From: Octopus vulgaris
Taxonomy: Eukaryota
DNA length: 64,000 nucleotides
Direction of reading: 5' to 3'
Assembly: GCA_951406725.2 (NCBI GenBank)
Contig: OX597828.1
Location: forward strand, 56,916,001-56,980,000
Both the position numbers and the translations under genes were made by a program. The notes under the pieces are model-generated. The model was not told where the DNA came from and made no database searches. It worked only from the letters and a program-made list of their open reading frames with translations. This document shows positions 53,351 through 64,000 of the stretch, one piece after another. The stretch's first letter is position 1; every line of letters starts with the position of its first letter.

Positions 53351-54459
53351 CGTTGTGGTTCGGCTGGTTCACCGTACTACTTGACCTACTTTGCTTGGGG
53401 TGGAATCTGAAAGTCTAGAATGCAAAGTTATAGTCCTTTTTTCACGGAAGAGTGATGGCTTTTAGGGGACCTTTGGCCCTGTCAGGTGAATTAGAGTTCA
53501 GTGTGTGAGAGACAGTGAGAGAAATGTTGAGTGCCGAGGAAGACAGATTAAGGAATCTGGGGGCTTGTCATGAGAGATACAGTAGAGTGAGATGATGAAG
53601 GGCTGAGAAAGACAGATTAATGAATCTGGGAGCCTGTCGTGAGAGATGACAGCAGAGTGAGAGGATGGGGGGGGGCTGAGGAAGACAGGCACATAGGACT
53701 AAGCGGCGATAGAGAGAGTATTACAGCAAAGAGAGATTGGGGGTAGTGACAGAGCAAGAGGTTTTAGCAGTCGGTATTTGGAAGTCAAGGCGAGCGGTTG
53801 GATTTAGCGGTGAGGATTTGGTATTCAGGGCAAGCAGTTTAGCAGTTGGATTTAGCAGTGCTAAGAGAGATGAGGTGCAATATGAGACATTGGCTATTAT
53901 AGCAGGAACTGAACGGTATGTGTTGTTGTATTAATATGTGAAGAGAAAGAAGGAAAAAGAATCGATGTATTGAAATGTAAAAGAAATGAGACAGTGAAAA
54001 GAACAATGTGAACTGTGTAAAGACATTGTGTACAGAGTTGTGTTAAGGCAAAAGATAACTGTGTAATGAACATTGAACTGTATAGGCCTTTAATATCCTT
54101 TGAACTGTAACTTTAATGTGATTTGAGACAGAACTGTTGTCTCCGGACTGTTATATTGTATCTGCATGTTTAAATGCTTTGATCTGTGGTATACCTGTAC
54201 GATGTAGTGAGTTGTTGTTTAATTCGACGTGTCCTCTTTAAATGTATCTGATATGTATTTGATGTTGTAACAATTATGAAGTGTTATAAACTAGTACGTT
54301 AAATGTGAGCCAATTGCCTTCTTTGTGTCTCTCTCGATTGCTTCTGTGTCTCTTCTTGTGGCTGCTGTTGTAGTTGTTGTTGTCTCTCTCTCTCTCCTCT
54401 CCGAGTTTCCGTGCCGAACATTCGCTGATCGACCGAGCGACGGCAGGTGGTCCGTAACA
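53351..54459. mobile_element. Solo LTR (Gypsy-like, ~1.1 kb)
   Basis: Termini cGTTGTGG...CCGTAACA (imperfect TG..CA inverted ends); 4-bp direct repeat ATAT at 53347-53350 and 54460-54463; internal tandem duplication ~53540-53660. Confidence 0.65.
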
Positions 54460-54627
54460 ATATAAATGTAGGCTATTTTATGAGGGCTGTGCAAATTCTA
54501 CTCTTTAATTTCAATCAGTTATTCCTTTCGTCTTCCCTTCGATTAATTTAATCTTCTACTTAATCAAATGCACTCTTAACTAAACTCAACTTACTATTCA
54601 TCTCTCTCTCTCTCTCTCTCTCTCTCA

Positions 54628-54658
<31 letters not shown>

Positions 54659-54773
54659 CTCAGACGAAGTAGACTCTCGGTTACTCGATGGATCCGTGTC
54701 CTCCACTCAGTTCTATCCTGGGCAGCTTCTTTCAGAATGTCGTTCAGATAACATATATATATATCTATATCTA

Positions 54774-54818
<45 letters not shown>

Positions 54819-55896
54819 TTTATAAATTACATATGTATATTTATATATATATGTATGTATGTATATATATATATATATATATACATTTTATACATTACAT
54901 ATATATATATGTAATGTATAATATGTATGGAAGGTGAGAAGTCGACAAAATTACTTTCACTTGTTTGAGAACACGTAAACATCATATTAGAGTTATACTA
55001 TGGCTATATTATTATGGCATCGGACGTAATACCCTGAGGCTCGTGTGATTAAATGACTATATTCAACATTCAAAAGGCCTAACTTTATGTACATATATAT
55101 TTCACACCCAAAAATTTTATCGTTCAGCTTTTCTGGATTTTCAGTTACACAGACAGCTTAAGTTACATTACTCTTATAATTGATTACAATGTAGACTGGA
55201 AAATACATCTATATTGATAACTGTGTAGCCGAAAATTTCTAGGTTACTTTTTAGAGGGATCGAACATGTATCAACCTGACTGCAAAATATACGAGTTAAA
55301 TGTATATTATTTTGTGGTCATCGCTATCATTAAATTGCATTATAGTAATTGATTGTCAACAAAGAAAATCGTTGTCATTGTCTTTGCCTTTGTGACTGTA
55401 TTATTTCCATGCAATTTACTCGCGTCAATCTCATGGGAGAATTACCACTTATATGTATTATCAACGTAACAATATATTATACATTAAGGGTAATGTGGTA
55501 ATATTATATGTATATTTACTTAATGCTCACACGCATACACACATACAGTTACACACACATATATTCATACTTACATACATAAATATGTGTGAGTGTATAT
55601 ATATATATATGATATATTATTAATTTAAAACGTAGGCGTAAGATGCGTGATATAAGGGCTGCTATCGAACACTAGTTTTTCAGTTCATCTGTCATTGCCT
55701 GAGGGACATTTTTATCTCTCGTGGACGAAAATCCTCTACGACAACCACTCCGCCTCCCATAAAAGTCCCTTTGTTAAAATGGGAGAGTGAACAATGCCAC
55801 GTCAGTTATAATTTTCGGCTATTTTCCGTTTTTTTTAAATATACTTGTTTCAGTTATTAGACTGCGGCCACGCTAGGGCAGCGATTTTATTAATCG

Positions 55897-56127
<231 letters not shown>

Positions 56128-56653
56128 AGATGCCCTGATGCAGTACCAGCTCTCATGGTTTCTGATCTTAAATGCAAGTGTTTTGTCTTGATATAAAAGA
56201 TGGTCTACAGCAAATATTCTGCTCAATACCACAGATTTGCTTGTCAGTTGTTTGACCATAACTCGTTGACTATGCCCATAAGTGGCTAACGTTATGTGCA
56301 TTTCTGATCATGAGCAGAAGCAGTGGGGGAGCATCATAGCTGTGTGTTAAAAGTCATTCTTGGAGGTTTGGATAATTTACCTTTGGAAACATGGGTGGTT
56401 TGTTCAACATCCTTAAACAATCCTTATTCAGGGACCATTTCAGCGAGAAGGGCTACTCGATCAGAAGAAAATGACCTGCAAGGTCATGTTCTGTTTATCG
56501 TGATATGATACCCCCACGTCGCGCACATATGGTTGTGATGGATGTGCCTAGTGTACCCTTGTCAGACAGGTAGTCATGATGCGTATACTGGGCTTCGTAT
56601 ATTTTACCCCAGTGTCACTTTCATGGCATGCTCTACCCTCTCACGTAATGATG

Positions 56654-56736
<83 letters not shown>

Positions 56737-56738
<2 letters not shown>

Positions 56739-57010
56739 GGACAGAAGTTAGCGTTTTATACATTGTTGTTAAGCAGGTTATGGGTCGATAGTTTTTTGGT
56801 TCTTTTGTTTCTTCATTTTTGGAAAGTAGAAATGGTACACCATTAACCAACCAAGAGGGAATTATACTAGGATGTGGCTAAATATTGTTGCAATGTATTG
56901 TTAGCAGTTCATGGCTTTCTGGGAAGGCATTCAACCAAAGGTTATGAATTTTATCCTTTTCTGGAGACTTCAATTTGTTTGACCTCCTGAGAGCAGATCT
57001 TACATCTCTA
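56737..57010 (-). mobile_element. R4/Dong-like (or RTE-like) LINE RT fragment
   Basis: SPGKDKIHNLWL and TKEPKNYRPITCLTTMYKTLTS motifs, adjacent to (AAT)n. Confidence 0.6.
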
Positions 57011-58063
57011 CATTGATACCCTCCCCTAGGAAAAAACATTTAAGTAAAGATCATTTACGAAAAAATTACAATGATTCTTCGGTCTTTTTGCGTAAATATA
57101 TCCGGATCTAGTCGATTTATATCCGGATCTAGTCGATTTATATGGAACTTTTCGAAGTTAATCTTCCAAGAAATGTCTCAAGGTTTTGAAACGTGTCCTT
57201 CTCTCATGTGTCTTGGAATGATGTTAAAGGGAAATGAGCTATCTAAGGTGAAATATCTCTAACTTAGTGGTGCGTTGTGATCTGACACAAGTATCATTTT
57301 CATAGATGACAGGTAGCAAGGGGTTCGTGTTTTAATTGAATTTTAAATTGATGCAATCATCATTTGAGAAATGCTGTTGGAATATTTTCCATTTAATACA
57401 GATGAATTAGCGCTCACAAGGATGTTGCAGAGAATAAAGTTTGAGTTTCTCTATGACAGTTACGGTCTTCTGGCAACCGTCTTCCTGAGTATTAATTTCA
57501 GTGTGAAGAAAATATACGTATATGTTTGTTTTAATATATATGTTCAGCATAATACTATACAGTTGTAAATTCGCAAATTCGTGCCAATACAGAAAGCTAC
57601 CTCATCAGAGAAGCAGAATATCATGGCTGCAACAACTTGACTTTAATTATACAAAATTCACTGTTTGTATTTACTGACAGAATTGGAACAAATTACATTG
57701 GTTTCGTCAGGGAAAGCAATACAACTGAAAAAGTATGTTGCCAAATAGAGCTACATATGAAAGGCACATAACGGAATTTAGAAATAGATAAGAATTAATA
57801 GAAACGCTGGTTAATCACCTGCTTGCTATAAATCCATCTGAATATCTAGCTACAAATTTTCTGGATATCATCCAAGAGGGAGAAGGCTGACGATATCAAC
57901 TGACATTAAGTGGATGTATATGTTGACTTTCTAATTGAGACGGAATTTAAAATAGTTGCTAGAGATATAATTAGATAACTATCAAGCTTATACTTTCGCA
58001 GACAAATAATGGCCATACCCTCAGATTATGTCGTATGTGTATTTGGAGGACTAGATTGTAAAG

Positions 58064-58096
<33 letters not shown>

Positions 58097-58271
58097 ACAA
58101 GAGAGAGAGAGAGAGAGGGAGAGAGAGAGAGAGAGAGAAACAATGAGAGACAAAGAGATAAAAAGTAAAGAAGCTGCAACTTTTTGCAACGGATATGTGT
58201 TTGTAATTTGAGTTTACATATGACTTTTGATATGAATTCACAATGCTTTTTTTTACTTTTTTTTCGACTCT

Positions 58272-58455
58272 AGGCACACAGCCCAAAATTTTTGGAGAGC
58301 AGGGCCAGTCGATTAGATCGATCCAAGTATGCAACTGATACTTAATTTATAGACCCCCAAAAGGATGAAAGGCAAAGTCGACCTCGGCGGAATTTAAACT
58401 CAGAACGTAAAAACAGAAAAAATAAGGTGAAGCATTTCACTCGGCATACTCAAGT
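58272..58455 (-). mobile_element. SINE, first family
   Basis: aaaggatgaaaggcaaagtcgacctcggcggaattt core matches ~52775-52810. Confidence 0.75.
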
Positions 58456-60666
58456 TTCACAAATAATTTAATTTCAAATTTTATATTTTATATATTTTGT
58501 ATGTTATATTAATTATATTTATTTTTGGTTTATGTTTTTCACTATTTGATTTGCCTAATAGTGGTTTTATCTCTAATATAATTTATATATATATACGTAC
58601 ATATGTACACAAAAAGGTGTGTATTTGTGTGTACATATACGTAGATACACTCACATAAACACGCATGCATAGTTTTGTGCGTGTGTTTGTGTGTGTATAT
58701 ATGTATGTGTGTACGCCTCTGTATATATGTGTCTATGTATGGGTATATTCATGCGAATATGTGTGTGTACGTGTGTGTGTGTGTGTATTAGTATTTGTAT
58801 TTGTATATGTCCGTAATTATACTTTCTCTAAGTAAACAGTGAATAAAAAGAAATCTAAACTATCAGTTCGAAAACTGCTTTTAAGTAAGGAAATCCTATC
58901 AGAGTCACCTTTTGTGAACCTCTAAATAACTAAATGTTTAACTGTAAAAATTATCAGAAAAGTAATTTCCGTTCATTTTTTTCAAATCTAGATAAGAACA
59001 GTTGAAAGGTTTTATCACGTATTTAGTGACTCCGTAGCTATGAATTTATATATGTATATATATGATTGTGTGAGTGTCTATATTATGCAGCCAAGGACAC
59101 ATTCGTAGAAACGTGAATACTTAAAACTGAGACGACAAAGTGAATTTTCTGATAATGTATTTGACTTTCTAGAATTACAGAATATTCTTAAGTTGAGCTA
59201 TACATTATTGTTGGCTGTAATGTATATGATCTTGCGTTTGCACTTAATGTTTGTGATGCAGACATAAATGTTCATAATTAAATTATCCTGTTGAGATTAT
59301 TCAAACGAATAATCCTATTTCTGTGGAAGTTGTGTAATATATCACTTCGTCTATTAAATAATAAATGTGTTATTTTGAATAATACGAGCTTAATACACCA
59401 ACTAATTGTTTAATCGTGTTAAGTAATGGAAATTGTAGTTTGTTATTCAAGCATGCTTCGAAATATTTACTTCATCTTGGAAAATCTAGAATGCCAATTT
59501 ATTTCAACACGAAAGAATTTATACAAACACCTAGATATGATATTTTGTTTACTGTGGATTATTTTATGTATATGTAAATGTGTGCTCGGCAGATGAGCAA
59601 CTATCTGTATGTATATATGACATAGGACTATCCTTGTGAAAAAATTCTATGTATATGTAAATGTGTGATCGGCAGATGCTCTAAGTCTATCCTTGTCTTG
59701 CTGATGGATATTATGGAGGTAATTTGGAATAAACTTAAATTATATCAGTCTCTTGGTTATCTGCTTTACGTTATGCATTGACTGTAGGTTCTGTTAAGAA
59801 AAGAAACAAAACATCTTGATTGTAAAAATGGTAGCTAGTGTGTTATATCCCACTAAATCGTTGAATCTTTGTAAACGATTTTTCAAAATATCATTCTTGC
59901 TTTTGCGATTCATCACTTCTCTAATCAGGTGTATTTCTTCTATGAATATCATCTCTTTGGTTGTTTCTTAGAGAACCAAAATCATAGAATGTATTCTATA
60001 TGATAATGTGCGTTAGCAAATTTAGATAGTGATTGATAAAGAGAAATCATGAAGCAAATGCTGTCGATTCCTGAATATTCACTGAAAGCAAAAGAAAAGT
60101 AGATATCACTGAAACGGATTGCTTTCAATATCAAATCAAAAGCGAACCCACACACGAGCATGTAGGAAGACATGTAGCTTTGAGTGACTCTGAGCGAGCG
60201 TGATTTTGTGTGTATGTGTGTGTGTGTGTGTGTATGCGAGCATGTGTGTGTGTGAGTGTGTTTGTGTGCGTGTGTGTGTGTGTGTGTGTGATAGTCCATG
60301 TGTGTATACGCCTATAGATTCAGTCACGGCAGACATAGGAATACGCATACAGATATATGTATATGTAATTTGCTTAGTCTATTGATAAAATCCCACCTTG
60401 AAACATATAACTCTTTTTCAAATATGCCCAATATTATTCAAAATGCTGTCTTATTCTAGTCATAGGATTTATTCAAGTTTATCTTTTAGAATTTTTTGAA
60501 TTTGCAATTTATATTCAACTGAATGCGTAGGTTTTTATTTGAGATTTATTTTTATTTTAGCAGTATATTAATAAATTAATTTCACATCCTGTCCTATTCA
60601 CATTCTTACTTATATATATGTGTGTGTTTGTGTGTGTGTACATATAGACAAGCACACACACATAAG

Positions 60667-60752
<86 letters not shown>

Positions 60753-60787
60753 TATACACATATATATATATACACAAATATATATAT

Positions 60788-61998
60788 TAGGTTGTCAACT
60801 ATGAAATTTGTATTAAGGAATATGGTAAACTTTGACAGATATTCATGTCGCGCCATTATTATATTTTGACAATCTTTTTTCTTAGAAAACTGACACAACT
60901 CTTTCTTTATTGTAACTCAATTTACGCTTTGTAAATTATTTATAAATCGCTTTTGGCATTTCTGTTTAGAAATGGATAAGTTGGAAATTCGTGCAGTTTT
61001 GAAATATGAGTTCTTACTTGGAAATACAGCCTCACACACAGCTCGGAATATTAATGAGGTATTTCATTCTAGTGTTACTACACAGCAGACAGTATTAAAT
61101 TGGTCTCCAAAATTTTGTTTTCGTAACTTTGACCCAACAAATGAGCAACGTGGTCGACAATAAACAAAGGTGGATGATGATAAACTGAAAGCCAGCGTCG
61201 AGTCACTTCCATCTCAAAGTGCCCGTGAATTTTCGTTGTTCTTTGGTATTAGCAAAGAAAACAATATTGACTCACCTAGTTCACATCGGTAATGTGAAAA
61301 ATTTGGATAAGTGTGTTCCACATGAACTCAATGAATCATTTTAAAAACCGAATTGTAACATGTGACGAGAAATGGATCCAATACAACAACCGTAAACGTT
61401 CATCAGAAGGGCTGGAGAAGGACGAGCCACCAAACTACAGTCCAAAAAGCAAAATTCATCAAAAGACGCTCATGGGGTGTGTTTGGTGGTCTGGCTGAGG
61501 TATGATCCATAATGATTTCATTAAACCTGGGTCATCAATCACGGCCGTAGTATACCCCAGCCAACTGGACCAAATGATGCAGAAACTTACAAAAGTATAG
61601 CCTAGACTAGTCAACAGATCCACTCTTATTTTATTGGAAGACAACGGCATAACACACATCACAGAAATGACATTGGTGAAACTGCACCATTTGGATTTAG
61701 AAGTGCTCCATCACCCTACTCACCTGATCTTTCATCCGTTGTCTATCACGTTTCTAGAAATTGGATATATTTTTACAAGGAAAAAAATTCCGACTATGTG
61801 GTAAAGTAGCCCTTCCAAGATTTTATTGACTCTAGATTTCTCGTCTTTTACAGTTCTGGGCTGGACAAGCTACCGCTGAAGTGGCAGAAGTGTATTGACA
61901 ATATGGGTGCATACTTTGATCAATAAATCTATTCCTTGTATTTATATAACGTTAGAAAACTTTTTTTCTTTTCTACAAATTTGATACTTGACAACCTA
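60788..61998 (+). mobile_element. Near full-length defective mariner transposon (~1.2 kb)
   Basis: TIRs TAGGTTGTCAACTATGAAATTTGTA / TACAAATTTGATACTTGACAACCTA; broken transposase MDKLEIRAVLKYEF..RIVTCDEKW..HHPYSPDL with stops and frameshifts. Confidence 0.9.
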
Positions 61999-62039
61999 TC
62001 TTATATATCGATCTACCTAATAAGACACAGGTTGCAACA

Positions 62040-63350
62040 TGTTTTCATTTGTGGCGATTTAAATGTTATTGCTCTCCTACTACGTTTTCAAGGGGGATAA
62101 ACTAAGTATCCCTTTCTTTCTGTGATAGCAGGGCAGACAGCCAGCACTATAACCAAAAAGACTGGCCACCAAAAACCTGCTTCTTCCTCGAAAATCACAA
62201 CGGGAAAGCTGTGTCGTTAGTTGACACAACAAAATTCTTATTTCTTTATTGCCAACAAGGGGCTAAACACAAAGGGGACAAACAAGGACAGACAAAAGGG
62301 AATAAGTCGATTACATCGACCCCAGTGCGTAACTGGTACTTAATTTATCGACCCCGAAAGGATGAAAGGCAAAGTCGACCTCAGTGGAATTTAAACTCAG
62401 AACGTAACAGCAGACGAAATACCGCTAAGTATTTCGCCCAGCGTGCTAACGTTTCTGCTAACCCACCGCGTTATTGCCCCCACAAAATTCTGCTGCCACC
62501 ACTCCACATCAAATAAAGGCTTATGAAAAAAATTGCGGAGGCCCTGAACAAGAAAGGAGTTACTTTCAAGTACCTGGATTCAAAACTTCCTCGTATAAGT
62601 GAAGGCAAGGTAAAAGCAGGAATCTTTGTAGATCCTCAAATTTTATACTTGATGTGGGACAAGCATAGTGGAGAAGCATTAGCAGGTGTCGAAGTGAATG
62701 CTTGGATTTCCTTCAATAAGTTTGTCGAAAAATCTTGGGAAACAGCCGCTTCCCAGAGTATGGAAAATGATCCAAGACCTGATATCAAGTTTGAAACAAG
62801 ATGGGTCTTGAATGAATGTGAAAATGCATTTTTTGCACTCATATCTTGACTAGTTTCCCAAGAATTGTGGGGACTACAGTGAGGAAGAAGAGAAGCGGTT
62901 CCATCAAGACATTTGCACCATAGAAACTCGATACCAGGGCAAATGGAATGTCAGCATGATCGCGGATTTCAGCTGGTCATAAAGACATGATGGTCCCGGT
63001 GCACAACACGAGCGGCAGTCAAAGCGCTCCTCCTTCATTTATATCAATATGTAGGCTAACAATTAGGAGCATATTTTTTACATTCGTTTGGTTTGATGTT
63101 GACAATTCTTATTCATTTCATTATGAACGTGGTTCGTTTCATGTTGATTTGCAAACCATATGTTCTTAAAACAAACAGAATGTGCTTTTCATTATTTACT
63201 TGATTTTAATAAAATAATTCGTTTAAAAAATCATATTTTATATTATTATTAAGTTGTATTTTACTCAACATCCTTATGTGACAGAGCAAATTTGTTTCGC
63301 TATCTTAAATCAGTAACCCAAGAATATGTAACATCCATGAATAGAAAGAA
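62040..63350 (+). mobile_element. Chapaev3-like (CMC) DNA transposon remnant interrupted by a SINE
   Basis: KILLPPLHIK*GLMK..PRISEGKVKAGIFVDPQI..SEEEEKRFHQDI..ETRYQGKW..MIADFSW; family assignment is from recalled motifs; ends uncertain. Confidence 0.6.
62239..62481 (-). mobile_element. SINE, first family, inserted in the Chapaev-like transposase
   Basis: 10-bp TSD ACAAAATTCT at 62229-62238 and 62482-62491; removing it restores VD..KILLPPLHIK. Confidence 0.88.
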
Positions 63351-63896
63351 TAAAATAAATCACGAATGTAGACGAGTGTTATACACCATGTGTCATTAAA
63401 TTTCATTGACCCAAATTATAATAGCTCGTATATTTGTACCAATTTAATAATTGTTAAGATGTTCATGTTAGAGATTTTGTAAACAAAAGGCAATTGGAAC
63501 AGCCCTAAGAAACGTGAGCCTAACAGTCTCTGCAAACCGATAATCACATTATTCTACACATTGAACTTGAGGGTGGTGGTTGCTATGCTGGACATGTCGA
63601 CTGCAATATCAATGCGTAACTCTCAGATAAGAAACACGATTATATCACACTTAAACTAAACAGGAAATATGCATGCTTCATTCAATGAAGAGTTTCCTCA
63701 TCATACATTCTACCTTATTCATCAAAATCAACATCATGTATATCTAACTGAAGTCATCATCACAAAAGCATCGAATTGCTTAGTATATCATACAGAGTAT
63801 TTCCAGCAAGATCAGGGATCGTTGCTTCGTCAACAAATAGAGTAAACCCACGAAATTTGAAGTGCATTTTCTAAAAGGGAAATATTCCGCACTGTA

Positions 63897-63935
<39 letters not shown>

Positions 63936-64000
63936 AACACATTTTATCAATTCAAAATGAACAATTGAATTATTACACCATCTAGAAAATTACATATAAT

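Noticed and set aside
57097-57143. 21-bp tandem duplication (similar small duplications at ~8207-8255, ~1195/1337 and ~59567/59648)
   Set aside because: Ordinary slippage-type local duplications.

Overview
AT-rich, microsatellite- and transposon-dense animal DNA, most likely an octopus (octopod cephalopod) genome; this is inferred from the gene family and the repeated tRNA-derived SINEs. The core is a tandem array of four co-oriented (minus-strand) genes of ~381-390 aa with intron-free CDSs (4466-5614, 26704-27876, 38596-39741, 48996-50147). They are Cys-loop ion-channel subunits resembling nicotinic acetylcholine receptors but lacking the ACh-binding residues, which fits the known cephalopod chemotactile receptor (CR) family. 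Less obvious features read from the sequence: (1) a fifth 'ghost' unit at ~21650-23275 whose two flanks are kept while ~1.65 kb including the whole CDS is absent at a microhomology junction; (2) a non-coding motif of up to ~49 bp conserved 650-930 bp upstream of every unit; (3) minimal type I hammerhead ribozyme motifs in Penelope-like remnants; (4) a head-to-tail pair of ORF1-only LINE derivatives whose 3' tail resembles the local SINE tail; (5) several inverted or foldback structures. The rest is decayed mobile DNA (Helitrons, mariner/Tc1, MITE, CR1, Penelope, R4/Dong-like, Chapaev-like, solo LTR, SINEs) and simple repeats. All alignments and identities were done by eye.
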